Shown in pieces: positions 47,338 to 57,757 of a stretch of DNA of 64,000 nucleotides. Every line of letters starts with the position of its first letter. The first letter of the stretch is position 1. The position numbers were made by a program, and so were the translations under genes. A model generated the notes under the pieces. The model searched no databases. It was not told where the DNA came from and saw nothing but the letters and a program-made list of their open reading frames with translations. The stretch comes from Alphaproteobacteria bacterium (GTDB taxonomy: Bacteria; Pseudomonadota; Alphaproteobacteria; UBA828): NCBI GenBank assembly GCA_965214705.1, contig CBDCCI010000001.1:128001-192000 (forward strand), in the 5' to 3' direction.

Positions 47338-49359
47338 ATGGCAGGCGAGAAGGAAGTCCTCAAGACCACCTGCCCGCGCGATTGCTACGACGCCTGCGGC
47401 ATCGTCGCGATCAAGCGCGACGGAGCGATCACCCGCGTGCTCGGCGACCCCGACCACCCGGTGAGCCGGGGCGCGCTCTGCGGCAAGTGCGCGCTCGCCT
47501 ACAACGGTGTCTTCCGCGACCCGGAGGTGCGGCTGCAGACCCCGCTCAAGCGCGCCGGCGCCAAGGGCGACGGGCGCTTCGAGCCGGTCTCGTGGGACGA
47601 GGCCATTGGAGACATTGCTGCGCGCTTTAGAGAGATCGCCGCGGGCGACGGCGCCGACAAGATCGTGCACGCGCACTACACCGGCACCTGCTCGCTCATC
47701 GCCAACACCTTCCCGATGCGCTTCCTGGGCCGCCTCGGCGCCCGCGAGGTGGAGCCCGACACCGTGTGCAACATGGCCGGCCACGTGGCGCTCGACTACG
47801 CCATCGGTACCTCGGTGATCGGCTTCGACCCGCGCACAGCGAAGGATTCGAACTGCATTGTCGTCTGGGGCGCGAACCCGTCCGCCTCCGCGCCCCATCA
47901 GCACAAGCACTGGCTCAAGGAAGCGCCGGGGACGGTGATCGTGATCGACCCGGTGCGCCACCCGACCGCCGAGCAGGCCGACATGCACCTGCAGCCCTTC
48001 CCCGGCAGCGACGCGGCGCTGGCCTTCGCCATGGTCCACGTGCTGGTGCGTGACGGGCTGATCGACCGCGCCTTCCTCGATGCCCACACGCTCGGCTGGG
48101 ACGAGCTGGAGCCCGCCATCGCGCCCTGCACGCCGGCCTGGGGCGAGGCCCGCACCGGCGTGCCGGCGGCGCAGATCGAAGAGGCGGCGCGGATCTACGG
48201 CTCAGGGCCGGCGCTGCTCTGGCTCGGCCAGGGGCTGCAACGGCAAGCGATGGGCGGCAACGTGATGCGCGCCTGCGCCCTGCTGCCGGCGGTCACCGGC
48301 AACTTCGGCAAGCCCGGCGCCGGCTTGCTCTACCTCAATGGCAGCGGCCGGAAGGGCGTGGACGGTGACTATCTGTCGGGCGCCGCGCTGAGCCAGAGCC
48401 CGCCGAGCTTCAGCCAGATGGAGCTTGCGGCGCGGCTGGAAGACCCGGCGGACATCCAGGCCTTCCTTTGCTGGAACATCAACCCGGCAGCCTCCAGCCC
48501 GGAGCAGGCGCGGTTCCGCCGCGCGCTCATGCGGGAGGATCTCTTCACCGTGGTCCTGGACATCTTCCAGACCGACACAGCCGACTATGCCGATTACGTG
48601 CTGCCGGCGGCGTCGTTCCTCGAATTCGACGACTTGGTCTCGGGCTACTTCAACCTCTCCTTCTCGGCCCAGGCGAAGCTGCAGGAACCGCTCGGCGACT
48701 CTCTCCCCAACCAGGAGATTTTTCGCCGCCTCTCCCGCGCCATGGGCTTTGCCGAGCCGGAGCTCTACGAGCCGGACGACGAGATCATCGAGCGGATCAT
48801 GGGGCAGGTGGGTATCGAGGGCTCCTTCGACGACTTCAGGAAGACCGGTACGGTGTTCCCGACGACGGAGCCGATTATCCAGTTCCCCGATCTGGCGTTT
48901 CCGACGCCGAGCGGGAAGATCGAGATCGCCTCGGCCCGCGCGGAGACCGACGGCCACCCGCGCCTGCCGCTCGCGGAGGCCGATCCGAAGCCGGAGAACG
49001 GCCGGCTGCGCCTGCTCTCGCCGGCCTCGCCCTGGCTGATGAACGATTCCTACGCCAACGACCGGCGCATCGCCGAGCGCATGGGCGAAGCGACCGTGAC
49101 GCTCCACCCCGAGGACGCGACGGCCCTTGGCCTGTCCGAAGGGCAGCAGGTGCGGCTCAGCAACGACACCGGCAGCCTGGAGCTTGCGCTCGCGGTTGCC
49201 GAGACCATCCCGCAAGGCGTCGCGCTCAGCCCCAAGGGCCGCTGGCCGCGTCAGGAGGGCGCGCGCGCCAACGTCAACGTCCTCAACCCCGGCATCAAGT
49301 CGGACATGGGCGAGAGCACCTGCGTGCACGGCGTCGAGGTCGAGATCGCCGCGGTCTGA
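47338..49359 (+). CDS. Molybdopterin (bis-MGD) oxidoreductase, YoaE/YdeP-like
   Basis: TCPRDCYDAC...LCGK, VSWDEA, WGANP, TDTADYADYVLPA, TPSGKIE. Confidence 0.9.
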   Translation: MAGEKEVLKTTCPRDCYDACGIVAIKRDGAITRVLGDPDHPVSRGALCGKCALAYNGVFRDPEVRLQTPLKRAGAKGDGRFEPVSWDEAIGDIAARFREIAAGDGADKIVHAHYTGTCSLIANTFPMRFLGRLGAREVEPDTVCNMAGHVALDYAIGTSVIGFDPRTAKDSNCIVVWGANPSASAPHQHKHWLKEAPGTVIVIDPVRHPTAEQADMHLQPFPGSDAALAFAMVHVLVRDGLIDRAFLDAHTLGWDELEPAIAPCTPAWGEARTGVPAAQIEEAARIYGSGPALLWLGQGLQRQAMGGNVMRACALLPAVTGNFGKPGAGLLYLNGSGRKGVDGDYLSGAALSQSPPSFSQMELAARLEDPADIQAFLCWNINPAASSPEQARFRRALMREDLFTVVLDIFQTDTADYADYVLPAASFLEFDDLVSGYFNLSFSAQAKLQEPLGDSLPNQEIFRRLSRAMGFAEPELYEPDDEIIERIMGQVGIEGSFDDFRKTGTVFPTTEPIIQFPDLAFPTPSGKIEIASARAETDGHPRLPLAEADPKPENGRLRLLSPASPWLMNDSYANDRRIAERMGEATVTLHPEDATALGLSEGQQVRLSNDTGSLELALAVAETIPQGVALSPKGRWPRQEGARANVNVLNPGIKSDMGESTCVHGVEVEIAAV

Positions 49360-49464
49360 ATCCGGGATGCAACGCAACTGAACCACACCGGTGTTGCCGG
49401 CGGCGCACTTCCGTCTAAATTGTCACCAGCCCCGCAGCACCCCTCAGCCTGAGAGAGCATCGCC

Positions 49465-50280
49465 ATGTCTGGAGCCGTCCAAGCGCAGATCAACTACATC
49501 CTTCCCACGGACGAAAAGCCGGTCACTTACCTGACCAATCCGGGCAGCAAGCCGGCACAGCGCAACGCCGAGTACCAGGAGGTCGAGGTCACGATCCGCG
49601 ACGCCCGGCCGACGGCGAATGCCCTCGATCTGGAGCGCGAGGGCTTCACCTTCAACACCGAGAAAAGCGCGGTCTCGGATTTCTTCGACAGCGACGAGAT
49701 CGAAGCGGTCTACAGCCCGGAGGTCGAGCGGCTCGTGAAGCAGGCGAGCGGCGCTGCCGAGGTGCTGGTCTTCGACCACACCATCCGCGTCGCCGATGAC
49801 ACGCTGCGGACCGAACGCAAGCTGCGCGAGCCCGTGCACGTGGCGCACAACGACTACACCCCCCGCTCGGCACCGCAGCGGGTGCGCGACCTGCTTCCGG
49901 CAGACCGCGCCGAGGCGCTGCTGGAGCACCGCTTCGCCGTGGTGCAGATGTGGCGCCCGATTGCGGGCCCGGTGCAGGACATGCCGCTCGCGATCTGCGA
50001 TGCCCAGAGCATCGACGAGCGGGACTTCGTGCTGACCGATCTGGTCTACACCCACCGCGTCGGCGAGGTGATGCAGCTCAGCCACAATCCTGGCCACCGC
50101 TGGTTCTACTTCCCCGACATGGACCCGGGCGAGGCGCTGATCTTCAAGACCTATGAATCGCTCGCCGACGGCCGGGCGCGGTTCACCGCCCACACGGCCT
50201 TCGCCGATCCCAACGCGCCGGCGGACGCGCGCCCGCGCCAGAGCATCGAATCCCGCACCCTCGCCTTCTTCGCACCCTGA
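49465..50280 (+). CDS. CmcJ/NvfI (AsaB-like) oxygenase family protein
   Basis: VFDHTIR, HNDYT, WRPI, PLAICDA, HTAF, RQSIESR. Confidence 0.85.
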   Translation: MSGAVQAQINYILPTDEKPVTYLTNPGSKPAQRNAEYQEVEVTIRDARPTANALDLEREGFTFNTEKSAVSDFFDSDEIEAVYSPEVERLVKQASGAAEVLVFDHTIRVADDTLRTERKLREPVHVAHNDYTPRSAPQRVRDLLPADRAEALLEHRFAVVQMWRPIAGPVQDMPLAICDAQSIDERDFVLTDLVYTHRVGEVMQLSHNPGHRWFYFPDMDPGEALIFKTYESLADGRARFTAHTAFADPNAPADARPRQSIESRTLAFFAP

Positions 50281-50298
50281 GGGCGGCACACCCGGAGG

Positions 50299-51798
50299 GT
50301 GGCACACCGACAAGAAATGACGGAGGCGGACACCACCCTCGCCGACGGCGACAATCGGCCGATCTTCACGGTCGGCGAGCTCTCGCAGGCGCTCAAGCGC
50401 GTGGTCGAGGGCGAGTTCGCCTGGGTCAGCGTGCGGGGCGAGGTTTCGGGCTTCAAGCGCGCCGCCTCGGGCCATCTCTACTTCGCGCTCAAGGACGCGG
50501 ATGCGGTGCTCGACGCCGTCTGCTGGCGCGGCGTCGCCGGCAGGCTCGGGATCGCGCCGGAAGACGGGCTCGAGGTCGTCGCCACCGGCAAGATCAGCAC
50601 CTATCCGGGGCGCTCGCGCTATCAGATCGTGGTCGAGCGTCTGGAGCTTTCCGGTGCCGGCGCGCTACTGGCGCTGCTGGAGGCGCGCAAGAAGGCGCTC
50701 ACCGCCGAGGGCCTGTTCGACGAGGCGCGCAAGCGCGACCTGCCGTACCTGCCGGAGACGGTGGGAGTCGTGACCTCGCCCACGGGCGCCGTGATTCGCG
50801 ACATCCTGCACCGTATCGAAGACCGCTTCCCGCGCCGGGTGCTGGTCTGGCCGGTCACGGTGCAGGGTGCCGGCGCGGCAGAGGAGATCGCCGCCGCCAT
50901 CGAGGGCTTCAACCGCCTCGACGCAGGCGGGGCGGTGCCACGGCCCGACGTGTTGATCGTCGCCCGCGGCGGCGGCAGCCTGGAGGACCTCTGGGCCTTC
51001 AACGAGGAGGTCGTGGTACGCGCCGCGGCCGCGAGTGAGATCCCGCTGATCTCCGCCGTGGGTCACGAGACCGACGTGACACTGATCGACCTCGCCGCCG
51101 ACCGCCGGGCGCCGACACCCACCGCCGCCGCCGAGATGGCGGTGCCGGTGCGCGCCGACCTGCTGGAGCGCACGCAGTCTCTGGAGCATCGGCTGGGCGC
51201 ATCGCTCCGCCGGCTAATCGCCGAGCGGCGCGCGCGCATCGACGGGCTCGGGCGCGGCTTGCCGGCGGCGCGGGACCGGCTCACGACCGCGGGCCAGCGG
51301 CTCGACGACTGGTCGGAGCGGCTCGCGCGGGGGGCGCGGGGCCGGCTTGCGGCGGAGCGCCAGGCCGTGGACCGGCTCAGGCCACTCAAGCCGCGCCAAC
51401 TCCTCACGCTCAAGCGTCAGCAGCTCACCCATGCCTCCGGGCGCCTCGCGGCCGGGCACCCCGCCGCCCGCATCGAATGGGAACGCCGGGGTACGGATCA
51501 ATTGGCCGGGCGGCTGCGCCATGCCGGACGGGCGGCCTTGAGCGAGCGGGCGGCGCGGGTCGAGACCGCGGCACGCCTGCTGGAGAGCTATTCCTACCGG
51601 GGCGTGCTCGCGCGCGGCTACGCGGTGGTGCGCGATCAGCGCGAGCGTCCGCTCATCAGCGCTCAGGAGGTGAAGTCTGGCGCCGCGCTATCCCTCGAAT
51701 TCCACGATGGCCGCGCCGCCGCACGCGCCGCCGGCAAGCCCAAGCCCCGCAAGACCACGCGGGACGAAGACGACAACGGGCAGGGCTCGCTGCTCTAA
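50299..51798 (+). CDS. xseA: Exodeoxyribonuclease VII large subunit
   Basis: GEVSGF...SGHLYF, TSPTGAVIRD, RGGGSLEDLWAFN, GHETD, APTPTAAAE. Confidence 0.96.
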   Translation: MAHRQEMTEADTTLADGDNRPIFTVGELSQALKRVVEGEFAWVSVRGEVSGFKRAASGHLYFALKDADAVLDAVCWRGVAGRLGIAPEDGLEVVATGKISTYPGRSRYQIVVERLELSGAGALLALLEARKKALTAEGLFDEARKRDLPYLPETVGVVTSPTGAVIRDILHRIEDRFPRRVLVWPVTVQGAGAAEEIAAAIEGFNRLDAGGAVPRPDVLIVARGGGSLEDLWAFNEEVVVRAAAASEIPLISAVGHETDVTLIDLAADRRAPTPTAAAEMAVPVRADLLERTQSLEHRLGASLRRLIAERRARIDGLGRGLPAARDRLTTAGQRLDDWSERLARGARGRLAAERQAVDRLRPLKPRQLLTLKRQQLTHASGRLAAGHPAARIEWERRGTDQLAGRLRHAGRAALSERAARVETAARLLESYSYRGVLARGYAVVRDQRERPLISAQEVKSGAALSLEFHDGRAAARAAGKPKPRKTTRDEDDNGQGSLL

Positions 51799-51813
51799 GC
51801 GGGGATCGCTTCT

Positions 51814-53247
51814 CTAAGCGTCGGTGCCGCCCACGGTGATGGGGTCGACCAGCAGCGTGGGCAGGCCGACGCCGACCGGCACGCCCTGGCCATTCTTGCC
51901 GCAGGTGCCGATGCCGGTGTCGAGCGCGAAATCGTTACCGATGGCAGCGACCCGCGTCAGTACGTCGGGGCCGTTGCCGATCAGGCTCGCGCCTTTGAGC
52001 GGGGCGGTCGTCTTGCCGTCCTCGATCAGGTAGGCCTCGGCGGCCGAGAACACGAACTTGCCGGAGGTGATATCCACCTGGCCGCCGCTGAAGTTCTTGG
52101 CGTAGATGCCCTTCTTCACCCGGCCGATGATCTCTTCCGGCTCGTCGGCGCCGTCCAGCATGAAGGTGTTGGTCATGCGCGGCATGGGTGCATGCGCATA
52201 GCTCTCGCGCCGGCCGTTGCCGGTGGGCTCCATGTCCATCAGGCGGGCGTTCATGCGATCGTGCAGATAGCCGCGCAGGATGCCGTCCTCGATCAGCACG
52301 GTGCGGCCGGTGGGCGTGCCCTCGTCGTCCACGGTGAGCGAGCCGCGCCGGTCGTCGATGGTCCCGTCGTCCACTACGGTCACACCCGGCGACGCCACCC
52401 GCTCACCGAGAAGACCGGAGAACGCGCTGGTCTTCTTGCGGTTGAAGTCGCCTTCGAGGCCGTGGCCGATCGCTTCGTGCAGCAGGATGCCGGGCCAGCC
52501 GGGGCCGAGCACCACGGGCATCTCGCCGGCAGGGGTCGCGACGGACTCGAGATTGACCAGGGCTTGGCGGAGCGCTTCGTCCACCTGCGCCTGCCAGCGC
52601 TCGGGCGCGAGGAACTCGTCGTAGACCACTCTCCCGCCGACGCCATGGGAGCCGGTCTCCTGCCGCTCCCCCTCGCCGACCATGACGGCGACGTTGAGGC
52701 GCACCAGTGGGCGCACGTCGCAGGCGCGGCTGCCGTCTGCGCGGACGATCTCCACCGCCTGCCAGGAGCCGAGCAGCGACGCCATCACCTGGCGCACGCG
52801 GGGCTCCTTCGTCCGCGCGTAGGCGTCGATCTCCGCCAGCAGCGCGACCTTGTCGTCGAAGGGCGTACCGTCCAGCGGATTGTCGTCCACGTAGAGCGAG
52901 CGGTTGGTCTGCGACGGGGCCTGCGCCATGGTCCCCCCGTGGCCGTGCCGCACCGCCTTGACCGTGGCTGCCGCCCGTTTCAGCGCGTTCTCGCCGAGCT
53001 CGCCGGCGTGGGCGTAAGCGGTGGTCTCGCCGGCGACGGCGCGCAGCCCGAAGCCCTGGCTTGTGTCGAAGCTCGCGCTCTTGAGCCGGCCGTCGTCGAA
53101 GGCGAAGCTCTCGCTCTGGCGATATTCGAGGAAAAGCTCGCCGTCGTCGGCGCCCTTGAGTGCGTCCGCGACGATCCCCTCCGTGCGTGGCCGATCAAGG
53201 CCGGCGCGATTGAAGAAGATCTCGTCGGTGACGGTTTCGCGGCTCAT
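51814..53247 (-). CDS. tldD: Metalloprotease TldD
   Basis: GPGWPGILLHEAIGHGLEGDFNRK, PRMTNT, CGKNGQGVPV. Confidence 0.96.
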   Translation of the reverse strand: MSRETVTDEIFFNRAGLDRPRTEGIVADALKGADDGELFLEYRQSESFAFDDGRLKSASFDTSQGFGLRAVAGETTAYAHAGELGENALKRAAATVKAVRHGHGGTMAQAPSQTNRSLYVDDNPLDGTPFDDKVALLAEIDAYARTKEPRVRQVMASLLGSWQAVEIVRADGSRACDVRPLVRLNVAVMVGEGERQETGSHGVGGRVVYDEFLAPERWQAQVDEALRQALVNLESVATPAGEMPVVLGPGWPGILLHEAIGHGLEGDFNRKKTSAFSGLLGERVASPGVTVVDDGTIDDRRGSLTVDDEGTPTGRTVLIEDGILRGYLHDRMNARLMDMEPTGNGRRESYAHAPMPRMTNTFMLDGADEPEEIIGRVKKGIYAKNFSGGQVDITSGKFVFSAAEAYLIEDGKTTAPLKGASLIGNGPDVLTRVAAIGNDFALDTGIGTCGKNGQGVPVGVGLPTLLVDPITVGGTDA

Positions 53248-53560
53248 GTCGCTCGTCCTTCGCTCGCCCTGCGCCGATACACAGGGGACATATGGGGCCG
53301 CCGGGGCGTGGCGTCCATCCCGAATACCCCAAGGATCGGCGAGAGCGCCGCTCCCCGTCAATGAGGGGCTTCAAAAACGGTGGGGTGCATGGTAGGACGC
53401 AGGCGGCTCGTGTAATGGCGGCGGCGCGCCGATGGCCGCGCCGCGCCGTTCCGCGTGAGGGGGTCCGGGCCGCCTTGCGTTCGCGCCTTCGGTGCCAAGC
53501 CACGGCACCGGAGAAGGCGGGCGATCAGGCGAAATCCGACGATCGAGTGGAGGTTGAGTA

Positions 53561-54412
53561 GTGGGGCATCTCGCGAAACTGGGCGCATCGGTCGCCGGTC
53601 TCGCCGGCGCGCTTGGCGCCGCCGGAGCGGCAGTGGCGCAGCAGCCGACCGATTGGGAGGTCGACTTTCAGACCGCCCTCTCGCCCTCCATGGAGCGCAT
53701 CGTCGATTTCAACCTCATGGTGACGATCATCATCGTCATCATCACGGCCTTCGTGTTCGGCCTGATGGCGTGGATCGTGATCCGCTACAACAAGAAGCGG
53801 AACCCGGTGCCGTCAAAGACAACCCACAACACCATGCTGGAGGTGATCTGGACCGTAGTGCCGGTCATCATCCTGCTGGTGATCGCTGTGCCCTCGTTCC
53901 GGCTCCTCTACTTCACCGACAAGGTCGCAGATGCCGACATGACGCTGAAGGCGATCGGCCACCAGTGGTACTGGTCCTACGAATATCCCGACCACGGCGA
54001 CTTCACCTTCGACGCGATTATGCTGGAGGAGGATGAGCTGGAGGAGGGGCAGCCTCGCCTGCTGGCGACCGACGAAGCGGTGGTGCTGCCGGTGGGGGCC
54101 AAGATCAGGCTGCTGACGACGGCCGACGACGTGATCCACTCCTGGGCCATCCCGGCGTTTGGGGTGAAGATGGATTCCGTGCCCGGCCGGGTCAACGAGA
54201 CCTGGTTCCAGATCAACCGCGAGGGCACCTATTACGGGCAATGCTCGGAACTCTGCGGCACGCTGCACGGCTTCATGCCGATCATGATCGAAGCAGTGTC
54301 GCAGGAAGAGTTCGACGCCTGGGTGGAATTCGCGCGAGAAGAATACGCATCGGCGAACGACAGCCCGACCGAGGTTGCCGCGCTCGACGCCAGCGCGCCC
54401 AAGGCGCGCTGA
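53561..54412 (+). CDS. coxB: Cytochrome c oxidase subunit II
   Basis: GHQWYWSYEY, DVIHSW, CSELCGTLHGFM CuA site. Confidence 0.97.
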   Translation: MGHLAKLGASVAGLAGALGAAGAAVAQQPTDWEVDFQTALSPSMERIVDFNLMVTIIIVIITAFVFGLMAWIVIRYNKKRNPVPSKTTHNTMLEVIWTVVPVIILLVIAVPSFRLLYFTDKVADADMTLKAIGHQWYWSYEYPDHGDFTFDAIMLEEDELEEGQPRLLATDEAVVLPVGAKIRLLTTADDVIHSWAIPAFGVKMDSVPGRVNETWFQINREGTYYGQCSELCGTLHGFMPIMIEAVSQEEFDAWVEFAREEYASANDSPTEVAALDASAPKAR

Positions 54413-54427
54413 GGAAGGAGAGAGGCC

Positions 54428-56026
54428 ATGGCGGACCACGCCCACGCCCACGCAGCGCACGATCATATGCCGCGGGGCATCACGCGGTGGCTCTACTCCA
54501 CCAACCACAAAGACATCGGCACGATGTACATCGCCTTTGCGGTGGTGTTCGGCATCGTCGGCGCGGTGCTCTCCATCTTCATGCGGATGGAGCTGGCCGA
54601 GCCCGGCATGCAGATCTTTGCTGATTCCCACACCTTCAATGTCTTCGTGACCGGCCACGGGCTGATCATGGTGTTCTTCATGATCATGCCGGCCTTCATC
54701 GGCGGCTTCGGCAACTGGTTCGTGCCGTTGATGATCGGGGCGCCGGACATGGCGTTCCCGCGCATGAACAACATCAGTTTCTGGCTGCTGGTGCCGTCCG
54801 GCGCCCTTCTTGTGACCTCGATGTTCGTGGACGGAGGGCCCGGTCCGGGCGTTGGAGCGGGCTGGACGGTCTACGCGCCGTTATCGACCTCGGGCCACGC
54901 TGGCCCGGCCATGGACCTCGGCATCTTCGCGCTGCATCTCGCGGGCGCGTCGTCGATCCTCGGCGCCATCAATTTCATCACCACCATTCTCAACATGCGC
55001 GCGCCGGGCATGACGATGCACAAGCTACCGCTCTTCGTCTGGTCGGTGCTGGTGACCGCGTTCCTGCTGCTGCTCTCGCTGCCGGTGCTGGCGGGCGCCA
55101 TCACGATGCTGCTCACGGACCGCAACTTCGGCACCGCCTTCTTCGACGCGGCGGGCGGCGGCGACCCGATCCTGTATCAGCATCTCTTCTGGTTCTTCGG
55201 GCACCCGGAGGTCTACATCCTGATCCTGCCGGCCTTCGGCATCGTGAGCCACATCGTCTCCACCTTCTCCAACAAGCCGGTCTTCGGCTACCTCGGCATG
55301 GCCTACGCCATGGTCGCCATCGGCTTCATCGGCTTCGTGGTGTGGGCGCACCACATGTTTACGGTGGGGATGGACGTCGACACGCGCGCCTATTTCATCG
55401 GCGCAACGATGGTCATCGCGGTGCCTACGGGCATCAAGATCTTCAGCTGGATCGCCACCATGTGGGGCGGCTCGATCGAGTTCAAGACGCCCATGCTCTG
55501 GGCCTTCGGCTTCATCTTCCTGTTCACGGTGGGCGGCGTGACCGGCGTCGTGCTCGCCAATGCGGGCTTGGATAGCGCACTGCACGATACCTACTACGTG
55601 GTCGGGCACTTCCACTACGTGCTCTCGCTCGGCGCCGTGTTCATGGCCTTCGGCGCGTTCTACTACTGGATCGGCAAGATGTGCGGCCGCCAGTATCCGG
55701 AGACTCTCGGCAAGATTCACTTCTGGATCACCTTCGTCGGCGTGAACCTCACCTTCTTCCCGATGCACTTCTCAGGCGTCTCGGGCATGCCGAGGCGCAT
55801 CCCCGACTATCCGGACGCCTACGCCGGCTGGAACATGATCTCGTCGATCGGCGCCTACATCTCGACCGCAGGGTTGATCCTGTTCATCTACATCCTCATC
55901 TACACGCTCTTCTGGGGTAAGAAGTGCGCCGCCAACCCGTGGGGCGAGGGCGCGCGCACCCTCGAATGGACGGTGCCTTCGCCGGCGCCCTTCCATACCC
56001 ACGAGGAGCTGCCCCGCGTCCGCTAG
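54428..56026 (+). CDS. ctaD: Cytochrome c oxidase subunit I (A1 type)
   Basis: [25 protein letters not shown]. Confidence 0.98.
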   Translation: MADHAHAHAAHDHMPRGITRWLYSTNHKDIGTMYIAFAVVFGIVGAVLSIFMRMELAEPGMQIFADSHTFNVFVTGHGLIMVFFMIMPAFIGGFGNWFVPLMIGAPDMAFPRMNNISFWLLVPSGALLVTSMFVDGGPGPGVGAGWTVYAPLSTSGHAGPAMDLGIFALHLAGASSILGAINFITTILNMRAPGMTMHKLPLFVWSVLVTAFLLLLSLPVLAGAITMLLTDRNFGTAFFDAAGGGDPILYQHLFWFFGHPEVYILILPAFGIVSHIVSTFSNKPVFGYLGMAYAMVAIGFIGFVVWAHHMFTVGMDVDTRAYFIGATMVIAVPTGIKIFSWIATMWGGSIEFKTPMLWAFGFIFLFTVGGVTGVVLANAGLDSALHDTYYVVGHFHYVLSLGAVFMAFGAFYYWIGKMCGRQYPETLGKIHFWITFVGVNLTFFPMHFSGVSGMPRRIPDYPDAYAGWNMISSIGAYISTAGLILFIYILIYTLFWGKKCAANPWGEGARTLEWTVPSPAPFHTHEELPRVR

Positions 56027-56047
56027 GCCGGAGCGGGGGCCTGCACG

Positions 56048-56965
56048 ATGAGTGAGCCGGCGGCCAGGGTGGCGGTCGCGGAAAGCGCGGCGCCGGTCGC
56101 GCTCGGCGATACGTTTGCGCTGCTGAAGCCCAGGGTGATGTCCCTCGTGGTCTTCACCGGCGCGGTCGGGCTGATCATCGCGCCCGGCACCATTCATCCG
56201 GTGATCGCGGCGGTGGCGGTGCTCTGCATCGCCATCGGTGCCGGTGGGTCTGCCGCTATCAACATGTGGTACGACCGCGACATCGACGCGGTGATGACGC
56301 GCACCCGCGAACGGCCGGTTCCCGCCGGGCGGGTAGAGCCGAGCGCTGCGCTCGGTCTCGGCATCGTGCTCTCCGTGGGCGCGACCGCGCTGATGGGGCT
56401 CGCGGTCAACTGGGTCGCGGCCGGCCTGCTCGCGTTCACTATCTTCTTCTACGTCTGCATCTACACGATGTGGCTGAAGCGGCGCACGCCGCAGAACATC
56501 GTGATCGGCGGTGCCGCCGGCGCCTTCCCGCCGATGATCGGCTGGGCGGCGGTGACCGGCGGGGTCGACCTCACGGCGGTCGCGCTGTTCGGCATCATCT
56601 TCCTCTGGACCCCGCCGCACTTCTGGGCGCTCGCGCTGGTCCGCTCGTCGGACTACGAGGCCGCCGACGTGCCGATGCTGCCGGTGGTTTCGGGCGATCG
56701 CAGCACGCGGCGCCAGATCGTGGCCTACACGCTACTCCTCGTGCCCGTGAGCCTGGCGCCGTGCGCGACCGGGGCTGCCGGCGCGGTCTACGGCATCGGC
56801 GCGCTAGTGGCGGGCGTCCTGCTTGCAGCCGGTGCCTTCCGCGTCCTCGTGGATCACAGCCCGGCCGCTGCGAAGCGGCTCTTCGGCGCGTCGATCATCT
56901 ATCTCTTCGCGCTCTTCGCGCTGCTGCTCGCGGACCACGCGTGGCCGGTTCCGGTCGTGCCATGA
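56048..56965 (+). CDS. ctaB: Protoheme IX farnesyltransferase
   Basis: DRDIDAVMTRT..RP, LKRRTPQNIVIGG, WTPPHFWAL. Confidence 0.96.
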   Translation: MSEPAARVAVAESAAPVALGDTFALLKPRVMSLVVFTGAVGLIIAPGTIHPVIAAVAVLCIAIGAGGSAAINMWYDRDIDAVMTRTRERPVPAGRVEPSAALGLGIVLSVGATALMGLAVNWVAAGLLAFTIFFYVCIYTMWLKRRTPQNIVIGGAAGAFPPMIGWAAVTGGVDLTAVALFGIIFLWTPPHFWALALVRSSDYEAADVPMLPVVSGDRSTRRQIVAYTLLLVPVSLAPCATGAAGAVYGIGALVAGVLLAAGAFRVLVDHSPAAAKRLFGASIIYLFALFALLLADHAWPVPVVP

Positions 56966-57096
56966 AGGATGGCGTCGTGAAAGACCGGGACAGCGAGCGC
57001 CGGCGCAAGATTCGCAACTTCGCGCTCGGCGGCGCGCTGCTCGCGCTCGCGATCCTGTTCTACCTCATCACCATCGTCAGGATGGGGGGCGAGTAG
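56962..57096 (+). CDS. Small single-TM CoxF-like protein
   Basis: RRRKIRNFALGGAL...FYLITIVRM at the usual position between ctaB and ctaG. Confidence 0.75.
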   Translation: MKDGVVKDRDSERRRKIRNFALGGALLALAILFYLITIVRMGGE

Positions 57097-57097
57097 G

Positions 57098-57757
57098 ATG
57101 GCAACCGACATGCCCGACGCCCCCGGCAAGCGCGCGAGCCGGCGCCGCACCGCGACCGCGCTCATCCTGGGCGGCGTGGTCTGCGGCATGGTCGGGCTCT
57201 CCTTCGGCGCGGTGCCGCTCTACCGGCTCTTCTGCCAGGTCACCGGCTTCGGCGGCACCACCCAGGTCGCCGAAGAGGCGCCTGTTACGATCGGCGACCG
57301 GTTGGTCACCGTCCGCTTCAACGCCGATACCGCACGCGATCTGCCATGGCACTTCAAGCCCGAGCAGCGCGAGATGACCGTGCGGGTGGGTGAGATGGCG
57401 ATGGCGTTCTACAACGCCGTCAACCAGTCGGACCGGTCGCTCATCGGCACCTCGACCTTCAACGTGACCCCGGTGAAGGCGGGCGCCTACTTCAACAAGA
57501 TCGAGTGCTTCTGCTTCGAGGAGCAGACGCTGGCACCGGGCGAGCGCGCCGACTTTCCGGTGTCGTTTTTCGTCGATCCCGACATCGTGGAGGATCGCAG
57601 GCTCGACGACGTGACCACGATCACACTCTCCTACACGTTCTTCGCGCGCGGAGAGGGCGTGACGGAAGCCGCGCTGGCAGACGACGACTTGGCCGGCGAC
57701 CTCAGCCCCGATGCGGCGGGCCCCAGACCAGGGAGCGAATCTAGTTATGGCGGATAG
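57098..57757 (+). CDS. ctaG: Cytochrome c oxidase assembly protein CtaG/Cox11
   Basis: VPLYRLFCQVTG, KIECFCFEEQ, LSYTFF. Confidence 0.96.
   Translation: MATDMPDAPGKRASRRRTATALILGGVVCGMVGLSFGAVPLYRLFCQVTGFGGTTQVAEEAPVTIGDRLVTVRFNADTARDLPWHFKPEQREMTVRVGEMAMAFYNAVNQSDRSLIGTSTFNVTPVKAGAYFNKIECFCFEEQTLAPGERADFPVSFFVDPDIVEDRRLDDVTTITLSYTFFARGEGVTEAALADDDLAGDLSPDAAGPRPGSESSYGG

Noticed and set aside
47338-49359. Selenocysteine formate dehydrogenase
   Set aside because: No in-frame TGA and no Fdh partner genes.
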